Assembly (NCBI GenBank): GCA_002269645.1
Contig: NIVC01004794.1
Location: 1 to 34,956, forward strand
Direction of reading: 5' to 3'
Length of the DNA: 34,956 nucleotides
Source of the DNA: Macrostomum lignano
Taxonomy: Eukaryota
Shown: piece by piece, positions 1 through 9,531 of the stretch
Numbering within the stretch: the stretch's first letter is position 1
Layout: the number at the start of each line of letters is the position of its first letter
Translations under genes and position numbers: made by a program
Notes under the pieces: model-generated
What the model saw: the letters and a program-made list of their open reading frames with translations, nothing else
The model's database searches: none
What the model was told of the DNA's origin: nothing

Positions 1-152
1 TAATAAAAAACCGTCTAAACAGGACCGGAAGTAATAAAAACCGCGTCTAAACAGGACCGGAAGTAATAAAAACCGTCTAAACAGGACCGGAAGTGATAAA
101 AACTAGTCTAAACAGTAGCGGGGAATAATAAACCAGTATAAACGAAACGGAA
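1..152. repeat. ~30-32 bp tandem repeat (TAATAAAAACCGTCTAAACAGGACCGGAAG), about 5 units decaying rightwards; lies in neuroglian intron 7
   Basis: Three near-identical units at 1-93 followed by two diverged units; array probably continues beyond the left edge. Confidence 0.9.
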
Positions 153-218
153 ATCTTATCTGAACGGGACTTTTGGTCAAACAAGCAATCAGCAGTTCCA
201 ATCCATGGCAATGCTTAC

Positions 219-458
219 CACTGCAGTCCTGGCGTACAGGTACACCGGTAGTTAGTGTCGGGCTTGAGGCCGGTGACGGCGCCGCGGGTCTGGGTTGGGT
301 CAGTCAGCGCGGCGCGCAGGGTGAGGTAGCCCAGACTGAGCCGTTGATCTCCTGGTAGCCATCTGATAGCCGATGAGGCGCCCGTTAGGCTGCGGCGGCA
401 CCTGCCAGTCGAATTCCAGGTGGTTGACGCCCGTGACCGACAGGACGAAGTCTCCGAC
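219..458 (-). CDS. Nrg: Neuroglian/L1CAM exon 7 (4th FnIII domain); contains three apparent 1-bp deletions
   Basis: Acceptor ttgcag|GTC at 458 is phase 0, matching exon 6. Reads VGDFVLSVTGVNHLEFDWQVPPQPNGRLIGYQM, then after frame changes YQEING, LGYLTLRAALTDPTQTRGAVTGLKPDTNYR and YLYARTAV; donor GTAAGC at 218. Confidence 0.8.
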
Positions 459-498
459 CTGCAATGCGCGACGAAAATGACGCCGTTTTTCAGTACCC

Positions 499-1680
499 CC
501 TCCCTGATTCTTCAGTGCCCTATGACCTGATTCTTCAGTGCCCTATGACCCGATTCTTCAGTGCCCTATGACCCGATTCTTCAGTGCCCTATGACCCGAT
601 TCTTCAGTGCCCTATGACCCGATTCTTCAGTCCCTATGACCCGATTCTTCAGTGCCCTATGACCCGATTCTTCAGTGCCCTATGACCTGATTCTTCAGTG
701 CCCCCTCCCCGATTCTTCAGTGCCCTATGACCCGATTCTTCAGTGCCCTATGACCCGATTCTTCAGTGCCCCCTCCCCGATTCTTCAGTGTCCTATGACC
801 CGATTCTTCAGTGCCCCCTCCCCGATTCTTCAGTGCCCTATGACCCGATTCTTCAGTGCCCCCTCCCCGATTCTTCAGTGCCCTATGACCCGATTCTTCA
901 GTCCCTATGACCTGATTCTTCAGTGCCCTATGACCCGATTCTTCAGTGCCCTATAATCCGATTCTTCAGTGCCCTATGACCCGATTCTTCAGTGCCCTAT
1001 GACCCGATTCTTCAGTGCCCCTACCCGATTCTTCAGTGTCCTATGACCCGATTCTTCAGTGCCCTATGACCCGATTCTTCAGTGCCCTATAATCCGATTC
1101 TTCAGTGCCCTATGACCCGATGTTTCAGTGCCCTATGACCCGATTCTTCAGTGCCCTATGACCCGATTCTTCAGTGCCCTATGACCCGATTCTTCAGTGC
1201 CCTATGACCCGATTCTTCAGTGCCCTATGACCCGATTCTTCAGTGCCCTATGACCCGATTCTTCAGTGCCCTATGACCCGATTCTTCAGTGCCCCCTCCC
1301 CGATTCTTCAGTGTCCTATGACCCGATTCTTCAGTGCCCTATGACCCGATTCTTCAGTGCCCTATGACCGATTCTTCAGTGCCCTATGACCCGATTCTTC
1401 TTTGCCCTATGACCTGATTCTTCAGTGCCCTATGACCTGATTCTTCAGTGCCCTATGACCCGATTCTTCAGTGCCCTATGACCCGATTCTTCAGTGCCCT
1501 ATGACCCGATTCTTCTTTGCCCTATGACCTGATTCTTCAGTGCCCTATGACCTGATTCTTCAGTGCCCTATGACCCGATTCTTCAGTGCCCTATGACCGA
1601 TTCTTCAGTGCCCTATGACCCGATTCTTCAGTGCCCTATGACCCGATTCTTCAGTGCCCTCTTCCCGATTCTTCAGTGCC
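499..1680. repeat. 23-bp minisatellite (CCCGATTCTTCAGTGCCCTATGA) filling neuroglian intron 6 (459-1689)
   Basis: About 50 tandem units, with interspersed ...GTGCCCCCTC variants. Confidence 0.97.
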
Positions 1681-1689
1681 GCCACTCAC

Positions 1690-2500
1690 CTGTCCCGGGG
1701 TGCCCTCCTTAGTAGTGAACTCAACCGTGGCGCTGGGCGGGCCGGCGTAGTACTTGTTGAGCACCCTGACCCAGGCCCGGATGGTGGTGGAGCCGGGCAG
1801 ATGAGTCAGCTTGCCATTATAAGTGAAGGCGGCCACCGCCTGCCGCTTGGTTCTCGTATTCAACGTGCCAACCATAGACGGGCCATCAATAGCTCGGAAT
1901 ATGAAATCTTGGAAGCGCTTCTTGACCAGACAATCAGCGGCCGTCAAATTGCTCAGACACCATTCGACTCGGAAGCCGCGAAAGTAGCCACGAATTCTGT
2001 CGACATCTTTCTCTGGATCGCTTTGCATCGACCAGCTGAGTAAGACGCTGTCCGACTGTAGCGGATCCGAGCCCGAGCCGCTGTCCAGAGCAAAATTATC
2101 GGGCGATACGGTCGGTGCCTCCTCGCCAGAGTAGCCAACCGACTCCGGCCTTGTTGCGCTGCTGTCGCCCTCAGAATTCCTGGCATAGATACTCAGTCTG
2201 TACTTTTTGAATACTTCGATATTGTAGCGAGTGTTGCCGACGTACAGATCGTTGAATTCCACTTTCTCTTGTCGAGGATTCACTATTTGGGTCTCGTTCC
2301 TGCTGCCTTTGGGCATTGTGACGCAGTTCATGCATTCCACAATTAGCACGTAGCTCACTTTCTCGCCGTTATAGTCCAGCGGCGAGAGCGGGGTCCAGTA
2401 GACCACCAGATTCTGGGGCCGGTTGCCTTCCGCCCACAGATTTGTTGGGTTCACCGAAGGAATTTTCGGCTGCAGCCGACACGAGGGTGACGTCACCGAT
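1690..2500 (-). CDS. Nrg: Neuroglian/L1CAM exon 6 (FnIII-2 and FnIII-3)
   Basis: Acceptor ccgcag|A at 2500 (phase 2), donor CAG|GTGAGT at 1690/1689. Protein: PSVNPTNLWAEGNRPQNLVVYWTPLSPLDYNGEKVSY...YRLSIYARNSEG; PTVSPDNF...VLLSWS...WVRVLNKYYAGPPS. Confidence 0.93.
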
Positions 2501-2519
2501 CTGCGGTGCGGGGAAGAAG

Positions 2520-2890
2520 GGTTGGAGGAAGGTGTCAGGTGGGAGAGTGTCAGGTGGGGAAGGTGTCAGGAGGGAAAGGTGTCAGGTGGGGAGGGTGTCA
2601 GGTGGGGAAGGTGTCAGGTGGGGAGGGTGTCAGGTGGGGAGGGTGTCAGATGGGGAGGGTGTCAGATGGGGAGGGTGTGAGGTGGGGAGGGTGTAAGTGT
2701 GGGGAAGGTGTCAGGTGGGGAGGGTGTGAGGTGGGGAGGGTGTCAGATGGGGAGGGTGTCAGGTGGGGAAGGTGTCAGGAGGGGAGGGTGTCAGATGGGG
2801 AAGGTGTCAGATGGGGAAGGTGTCAGATGGGGAAGGTGTCAGGTGGGGAAAGTGTCAGGTAGGCAAGTGTCAAATAGGGAAGGTGTCAGT
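2520..2890. repeat. 16-bp G-rich minisatellite (GGGGAGGGTGTCAGGT) filling neuroglian intron 5 (2501-2939)
   Basis: About 22 tandem units. Confidence 0.95.
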
Positions 2891-2939
2891 GTATGGAGAT
2901 AGACAATAAACTCAGTATCAAACGCAGTCCAACACGCAC

Positions 2940-3549
2940 CTAGATGGCTCGCTCTCGCCGACCACATTGATGCCCTTGACGCGGAAGCTGTACTGAATAT
3001 TGGGGTGCATTTTCACTTGCACCTGAGTGTCGGTAGGCTCTGTGGAGCCAAACTGCGGCGCAACGTACCAAGTATCGCTGGCGTACTGAGTGGAGAATTC
3101 CACAACATATCGCAGTACAGGCGCATAATTATCCGTGCCGGGATTCCACTTCACCTGGGCGATGTCATCGGACTTGAACTTGTCGCAGTCAACTTCCAAA
3201 TTGGTTGGCATCTCCGGCCGGCCCATGATCATCAGCATGGCGCTCTTGGAGTCGTAGTCCAGACCGTTCGTGGCGTTGCAAGTGTAGATGCCAGTGTCCA
3301 GCGGCTTGGCCCCGCTCACTATCAGCGAGTAGTCCGGCAAGTTGATGGTCAGGCGGGGATTCTGATCGAAGTCGATAATGGTGCCGTCTTTGGACCATTG
3401 GATGATGAGGTTTTTCTCCTCTTTCAGATCCGTGATGGCCGTGCAGATGAGCTTCACCTCCTGGCCTTCGTAGACGCGGGTGTCCTGCGGCGCCATGGAG
3501 ATTTCTGTCGGCTGGCGGACCGTCACTGTGCCGCTGGCGGTGCGGGAGC
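2940..3549 (-). CDS. Nrg: Neuroglian/L1CAM exon 5 (Ig6 and FnIII-1)
   Basis: Acceptor ccgcag|GC at 3549 (phase 1), donor AG|GTGCGT at 2940/2939. Ig motif LICTA...IQWSKDG...DTGIYTC; FnIII VKWNPGTDNYAPVLRYVVEF...YSFRVKGINVVG. Confidence 0.94.
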
Positions 3550-3584
3550 CTGCGGGGTGGCGGGGCTGCTGCGGACTGACTGGC

Positions 3585-3672
3585 GGACAGACAGGCAGAC
3601 AGACAGACAGACAGACAGACAGAAAGACAGGCAGACAGACAGGCAGACAGACAGGCAGACAGACAGACAGAA

Positions 3673-3745
<73 letters not shown>

Positions 3746-3902
3746 GGCAGACAGACAGACAGAAAGACAGACGGAAAGACAGACACTAAGACAGACAGAC
3801 AGACAGACAGACAGGCAGACAGGCAGACAGACAGACAGGCAGACAGACAGGCAGGCAGGCGGACAGGCAGTCAGGCAGACAGACAGGCAGACAGGCAGTC
3901 AG
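3585..3902. repeat. (GACA)n microsatellite filling neuroglian intron 4 (3550-3922)
   Basis: Continuous CAGA/CAGG tetramers. Confidence 0.97.
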
Positions 3903-3922
3903 GCACAAGCACTATAACTAAC

Positions 3923-4501
3923 CAAAGTCATTAGTGGCGGTGCACTCGTAGGTGCCCGAGTCTGTGATTGACAGCTCGGCAATAAGCAGGTCGCCATTAT
4001 CCTGCAGCTGATATCTGCCGCCAGTGATCGGTTCGCCATTCTTTTTCCAAGCTACAACGGCGCGAGGCGCGCTGAACGTCTGGCAGGGCATGATGAAGCG
4101 GCTCCTGGCGGCGGCCTTGGTGTCGGCGGGGGCCAGGACAAAGGTTGGCGGCTCGCGCAGCACATTCAGATAGGCATTGGTGTAGATGTAGCCGTACTTA
4201 TTAGTGCAGTTGCACTGCACCACCAATGGATCTTTAAGGGTGAGATTTTTGAAATGGAACTCCTTGCCAACGGGGGCGCTGCGGTTGTCGTACTGGTTGG
4301 CAGGGACGCCGTTGATGAACCACTTGGGGTCGCCGTCGGCGCTGCCGGCTTCGCAGCGGAAGGTGTGACTGCCGCCCTCTGGCACGGAGATGTCGGTTGG
4401 CTTCTCGATCCAGTAGGGCTCGCTGAATACATTTACAACGAAGGTGCCGGACGGCGGACTGCCACCAATCTGGGCGTTGGTGCCCGTGCACTGGTAGTTG
4501 C
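3923..4501 (-). CDS. Nrg: Neuroglian/L1CAM exon 4 (end of Ig3, Ig4, Ig5)
   Basis: Acceptor ccccag|GC at 4501 (phase 1), donor G|GTTAGT at 3923/3922. Motifs GNYQCTG; FRCEA...WFING...VVQCNCTNKYGYIYTNAYLNV (L1-family Ig4); MPCQT...WKKNG...DSGTYEC. Confidence 0.95.
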
Positions 4502-4596
4502 CTGGGGGCGGGGGGGGGGGTAAATTCAAGTCTAACTTGCATGCCACTCGTGACTACTGAGAGTAATATGATGGCTTAGTGGGCTCGGACTGAGAA

Positions 4597-5303
4597 TGGC
4601 CCAGCAACTGAGGATCTGGGAGGCTGGCCCAGCAACTGAGGATCTGGGAGGCTGGCCCAGCAACTGAGGATCTGGGAGGCTGGCCCAGCAACTGAGGATC
4701 TGAGGTGGCCCAGCAACTGAGGACCTGGGAGGCTGGCCCAGCAACTGAGGATCTGGGAGGCTGGCTCGGCAACTGAGGATCTGAGAGGCTGGCCCAGCAA
4801 CTGAGGACCTGAGGTGGCCCAGCAAATGAGGATCTGGGAGGCTGGCTCGGCAACTGAGGATCTGAGAGGCTGGCCCAGCAACTGAGGATCTGGAAGGCTG
4901 GCCCAGCAAATGAGGATCTGGGAGGCTGGCTCGGCAACTGAGGATCTGAGAGGCTGACCCAGCAACTGAGGATCTGAGAGGTTGGCCCAGCAACTGAGGA
5001 CCTGAGGTGGCCCAGCAACTGAGGATCTGGGAAGCAGCAACTGAGGATCTGGGAGGCTGGCCAACAACTGAGGATCTGGGAGGCTGGTCCAGCAACTGAG
5101 GACCTGGGAGGCTGGCCCAGCAACTGAGGACCTGGGAGGCTGGCCCACAACTGAGGATCTGAGAGGCTGGCCCAGCAACTGAGGACCTGAGGTGGCCCAG
5201 CAACTGAGGATCTGGGAAGCAGCAACTGAGGATCTGGGAGGCTGGTCCAGCAACTGAGGATCTGGGAGGCTGGTCCAGCAACAGAGGATATGGGAGGCTG
5301 GCA
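4597..5303. repeat. 28-bp minisatellite (GGCCCAGCAACTGAGGATCTGGGAGGCT) with shorter variants, filling neuroglian intron 3 (4502-5344)
   Basis: About 26 tandem units. Confidence 0.97.
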
Positions 5304-5344
5304 TGGGACTTGGGGAGATCAGCAGACGTGCAGTCCAGACTGAC

Positions 5345-5894
5345 CAGTATGAATATCCTTGTCAATATCGATGAGCTGCAGGCGGGCACCGGAGTCTAGC
5401 AGCTGCATCCGGGCCCACTCCTCGCTAGTGGTGATCTTGGCCGAGTCCTTCTTCCACTCGATCATAGGAGTCGGGTAGCCGGAGAAGAAGCAGAACAAAT
5501 CCAGAGTTTTATTAACCAGGGCGCTCTGCACGCTGGGCTTCTGCGCCATGAGCTGAGCAGCCGGGTACAGGACATTGGTGCGCACGGTCAGCTTGTAGTT
5601 GCGACCCTCAGCTGTTCGACGGACAATGTCATTCCTGACGCCGCATTTGTAGGTCGCCGTATCAGACTCTTGAACGTTGGCGAACATAAGCGCGCCAGTG
5701 ACTGGGTGAATGTTGATCCGATTGGACATTGTCAGAGTCTGCGTGCCAGCGCCGGTAACTCTGTACCAAACTATGGTGGCCTCCGGGTAAGAGGTTGGCG
5801 CGTTGCACGGGAATGTCACCTTGTCGCCTGAGGAGCGCTCCACGTTGACGTCGGGCTCTTTAGCAAAGTTGTACAGCTCGGCGCGGCGGAGCAC
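5345..5894 (-). CDS. Nrg: Neuroglian/L1CAM exon 3 (Ig2 and most of Ig3)
   Basis: Acceptor ccccag|GTG at 5894 (phase 0), donor G|GTCAGT at 5345/5344. Protein: FPCNAPTSYPEATIVWY...GALMFANV...YKC; LDLFCFFSGYPTPMIEWKK. Confidence 0.95.
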
Positions 5895-6014
5895 CTGGGG
5901 GTGGGAGCGGATCGGGAGGTTAGGAGACCTGAGTTGGCTTAATAAATAGAAACACTGGCGTGATGGCTTAAGAGAATGGTTGTCAAATCTGGGGATCAGA
6001 GAGGTTTATAATCC

Positions 6015-6716
6015 AGGCTGAGGATCTGGGAGATTGTTGGGATAACCTGAGGATCTGGGAGATTGTTGGGATAACCTGAGAATCTGGGAGGTTGTTGGGA
6101 TAACCTGGGGATCTGGGAGATTGTTGGGATAACCTGGGGATCTGGGAGATTGTTGGGATAACCTGAGAATCTGGGAGGTTGTTGGGATAACCTGAGGATC
6201 TAGGAGATTGTTGGAATAACCTGAGGATCTGGGAGGTTGTTGGGATAACCTGAGGATCTAGGAGATTGTTGGGATAACCTGAGGATCTGGGAGGTTGTTG
6301 GGATAACCTGAGGATCTGGGAGATTGTTGGGATAACCTGAGGATCTGGGAGATTGTTGGGATAACCTAAGGATCTGGGAGATTGTTGGGATAACCTGAGG
6401 ATCTGGGAGATTGTTGGGATAACCTAAGGATCTGGGAGATTGTTGGGATAACCTGAGGATCTGGGAGATTGTTGGGATAACCTAAGGATCTGGGAGATTG
6501 TTGGGATAACCTGAGGATCTGGGAGATTGTTGGGATAACCTGAGGATCTGGGAGATTGTTGGGATAACCTAAGGATCTGGGAGATTGTTGGGATAACCTG
6601 AGGATCTGGGAGATTGTTGGGATAACCTGAGGATCTGGGAGATTGTTGGGATAACCTAAGGATCTGGGAGATTGTTGGGATAACCTGAGGATCTGGGAGA
6701 TTGTTGGGATAACCTG
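6015..6716. repeat. 29-bp minisatellite (CTGAGGATCTGGGAGATTGTTGGGATAAC) filling neuroglian intron 2 (5895-6749)
   Basis: About 24 highly homogeneous units. Confidence 0.97.
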
Positions 6717-6749
6717 TGGCCACCTAGAGCAGGTCTCAGTGCCGCTCAC

Positions 6750-7027
6750 CGTCTTGACGGAAGCAGCCACGCCGAGATCATTCTTGGCCAAGCACTGGTA
6801 GATGCCATCATCGTCTTCGCCGGGCGAAATGAACACCAGAGTGCCGGCGCCAGGGTACTTCTTGTAGCGACCGGAATTCTTTGTCCAATCAAACTCCTGC
6901 TCGTTTCGCTTCCAGATGAAGGTTGGAGCCGGGTCGCCCGAGGCTTCGCACTCAAGCTTGATGGACTCGCCAATGTTGAACGCCACCTCCTTTGGCGGCA
7001 TTTTTGTTAGCGTAGGCGGGAAAGAAA
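6750..7027 (-). CDS. Nrg: Neuroglian/L1CAM exon 2 (Ig1)
   Basis: Acceptor ttgcag|TT at 7027 (phase 1), donor ACG|GTGAGC at 6750/6749. Protein: PPTLTKMPP...LECEASGDPAPTFIWKRN...GTLVF...DDGIYQCLAKNDLGVA. Confidence 0.95.
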
Positions 7028-7046
7028 CTGCAAGGCGAAGATGCGA

Positions 7047-8485
7047 TGGGTCAGGCTGTGTCTAGTGTGGGTCAGGCTGTTTAGTGTGGGTCAGGCTGTC
7101 TAGTGTGGGTCAGGCTGTGTCTAGTGTGGGTCAGAATGTCTAGTGTGGGTCAGGCTATGTCTAGTATGGGTAAGGATGTGTCTAGTGTTCGTCAGGATGG
7201 GTCTAGTGTGGGTCAGGCTGTGTCTGGTGTGGGTCAGGCTGTTTAGTGTGGGTCAGGCTGTGTCTAGTGTGGGTCAGGCTGTGTCTAGTGTGGTTCAGGC
7301 TGTTTAGTGTGGGTCAGGCTGTCTAGTGTGGGTCAGACTGTGTCTAGTGCGGATCAGGCTGTGTCTATTGTGGGTCAGGCTGTGTCTAGCGTGGGTCAGG
7401 CTGTGTCTAGCGTGGGTCAGGCTGTGTCTAGCGTGGGTCAGGCTGTGTCTAGTGTGGGTCAGGCTGTGTCTAGCGTGGGTCAGGCTGTGTCTAGTGTGGG
7501 TCAGGCTGTTTAGTGTGGGTCAGGCTGTCTAGTATGGGTAAGGATGTGTCTAGTGTTGGTCAGGCTGTGTCTAGCGTGGGTCAGGATGTGTCTGGTGTGG
7601 GTCAGGCTGTTTAGTGTGGGTCAGGCTGTCTAGTATGGGTAAGGATGTGTCTAGTGTTGGTCAGGCTGTGTCTAGCGTGGGTCAGGATGTGTCTGGTGTG
7701 GGTCAGGCTGTTTAGTGTGGGTCAGACTGTCTAGTATGAGTGAGGATGTGTCTAGTGTGGGTCAGGATGGGTCTAGCGTGGGTCAGGCTGTGTCTAGTGT
7801 GGGTCAGAATGTGTCTAGTGTGGGTCAGGCTGTGTCTAGTGTGGGTCAGACTGTCTAGCGTGGGTCAGGCTGTGTCTAGTGTGGGTCAGGCTGTGTCTAG
7901 CGTGGGTCAGGCTGTGTCTGGTGTGGGTCAGGCTGTTTAGTGTGGGTCAGGCTGTGTCTAGCGTGGGTCAGGCTGTGTCTAGTGTGGGTCAGACTGTCTA
8001 GCGTGGGTCAGGCTGTGTCTAGTGTGGGTCAGGATGTGTCTGGTGTGGGTCAGGCTGTTTAGTGTGGGTCAGGCTGTCTAGCGTGGGTCAGGTTGTGTCT
8101 AGTGTGGGTCAGGCTGTGTCTAGCGTGGGTCAGGCTGTGTCTAGCGTGGGTCAGGCTGTGTCTAGTGTGGGTCAGGCTGTGCCTAGCGTGGGTCAGGCTG
8201 TGTCTAGTGTGGGTCAGGCTGTTTAGTGTGGGTCAGGCTGTCTAGTATGGGTAAGGATGTGTCTAGTGTTGGTCAGGCTGTGTCTAGCGTGGGTCAGGAT
8301 GTGTCTGGTGTGGGTCAGGCTGTTTAGTGTGGGTCAGACTGTCTAGTATGAGTGAGGATGTGTCTAGTGTGGGTCAGGATGGGTCTAGCGTGGGTCAGAA
8401 TGTGTCTAGTGTGGTCAGGCTGTGTTTAGTGTGGGTCAGGCTGTCTAGTTTGGGTCAGAATGTGCCCACTGTGGGTCAGGCTGTG
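7047..8485. repeat. 19-21 bp minisatellite (GTGGGTCAGGCTGTGTCTAGT) filling neuroglian intron 1 (7028-8570)
   Basis: About 70 tandem units with 2-bp deletion variants. Confidence 0.97.
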
Positions 8486-8570
8486 TGTGTGGTGTCCAGG
8501 ATTAGAATCAGGTCAAGTTTTTTCTCCAGATCTACATCACTGTGCAATAGATTAGAACATTGGCACTCAC

Positions 8571-8649
8571 CCGTGTTGGCATACTGCAGCAGAGCAGCCA
8601 ACTGCAGTGTCACGAGCACTAGCCGCATGCCGAGGCTCAGGGGCAGCAT
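8571..8649 (-). CDS. Nrg: Neuroglian/L1CAM first coding exon (signal peptide)
   Basis: ATG at 8649 gives MLPLSLGMRLVLVTLQLAALLQYANT+G (79 nt), then donor GTGAGT. Phase 1 joins exon 2 in frame; hydrophobic signal-peptide pattern. Not in the ORF track. Confidence 0.88.
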
Positions 8650-8711
8650 GAAATCCCAATACGAAAATTAAAAGCTATAATATACATTGGATAATGCAAT
8701 TGACCGGCTGA

Positions 8712-8754
<43 letters not shown>

Positions 8755-8782
8755 CCTTATCTATCTACCTATCTATCTATCT
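8712..8782. repeat. (CTAT)n microsatellite just upstream of the neuroglian ATG
   Basis: About 17 tetramer units. Confidence 0.95.
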
Positions 8783-9010
8783 TTGTCATTGACAAAATCA
8801 TTGAAATGTTGAAAAATAGGCAGCCAGAAGATAATTTTAAAACTTGCTTGAAACTTTATTAACTTCATAGTTAAAAGTGAAAACACAATTACTGGCAGTT
8901 ACTGTATAAAACACGGACCAAATGTGATAGTTACTGAAAAAAAGCAATATATATTTGCTGCAGACTAAAAATGCTACTAAAAGTAGACCGTTTAAAAATG
9001 CTAATTTAAT

Positions 9011-9016
9011 TTTATT
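9011..9016 (-). terminator. Candidate polyadenylation signal (AATAAA) for the CEP43-like gene; a second lies at 8855-8860
   Basis: TTTATT on plus, about 150 nt downstream of the predicted stop; no transcript evidence. Confidence 0.4.
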
Positions 9017-9164
9017 GCAAGCTTTGACAGATTGAATAAAACGATTTATAATAATTACTTGGAAGAAAATAAAAATACATAGAGTTAAACAAATGCCACA
9101 GTCAGGTAAGAGCAGAATTGACTTCGGCGGCAGAGCATCTTCGCGACTGGCCTCGCGAACTTCA

Positions 9165-9169
9165 TTATG
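9165..9169 (-). CDS. CEP43: Possible terminal coding exon of the CEP43-like gene (C|CA TAA, followed by TGA)
   Basis: Acceptor tttattttag| at 9170/9169. Phase 1 from exon 3 gives Pro then TAA TGA. Alternative ends are possible. Confidence 0.4.
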
Positions 9170-9303
9170 CTAAAATAAATAAACAATGCAAATTTTTAAT
9201 TACAGTATACAGTAGTATGCATTTTCGGATTTTTATGCTTTTGACATTCTTCTTAAATCCGGAAATAATTAAGCAAATAATAAGAAAAAAATGAAGTCCT
9301 TAC

Positions 9304-9531
9304 GAGTTGTATTAGTCGAGTCTTTGAGCAGTTTCACGAGCTTTGGCTCCACTGTGGCCGGGTTCGCATCCGAGATTTTAACGCATTTTTTATCATTCAA
9401 GTTGTCTGAGCTGTCACGTGACGTAGTCACTCCGGCAGCGGCCAGCCCGGCTTCTTGGGTGAGCACAGCCAGACTGTGCTTCAGATTGAAGTGCTCCAGC
9501 AGCTCAACAATCAGAGTGAAGGCCTGACGGC
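9304..9531 (-). CDS. CEP43: CEP43/FGFR1OP-like exon 3 (LisH motif)
   Basis: Acceptor cacacag|GC at 9531, donor C|GTAAGG at 9304/9303. GRQAFTLIVELLEHFNLKHSLAVLTQEAG resembles the FOP LisH segment (recalled as GRLVASLVAEFLQFFNLDFTLAVFQPE); PKLVKLLK resembles PLLLEVIR. Confidence 0.85.

Noticed and set aside
675-956. 93-aa ORF (PILQCPMTRFFSA repeats)
   Set aside because: Translation of the 23-bp intronic minisatellite, antisense to neuroglian.
1654-2186. ORFs 1654-2043 (+) and 1953-2186 (-)
   Set aside because: Antisense or alternate-frame shadows of GC-rich neuroglian exon 6.
2423-2902. Gly/Arg/Val-rich ORFs resembling RGG proteins
   Set aside because: Readings of the 16-bp G-rich intron repeat.
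3005-3934. 309-aa plus-strand ORF and overlapping TDRQ/LSVC ORFs
   Set aside because: Antisense of exon 5 running into (GACA)n.
4532-5389. Three long Pro/Ser/Leu-rich ORFs (223-285 aa)
   Set aside because: All frames of a stop-poor 28-bp intronic repeat; the true exons splice around it in phase.
6366-6749. C-terminal repeat extension of the 211-aa ORF (VIPTISQILRLSQQSPRS)
   Set aside because: Read-through past the donor at 6749 into the intron 2 repeat.
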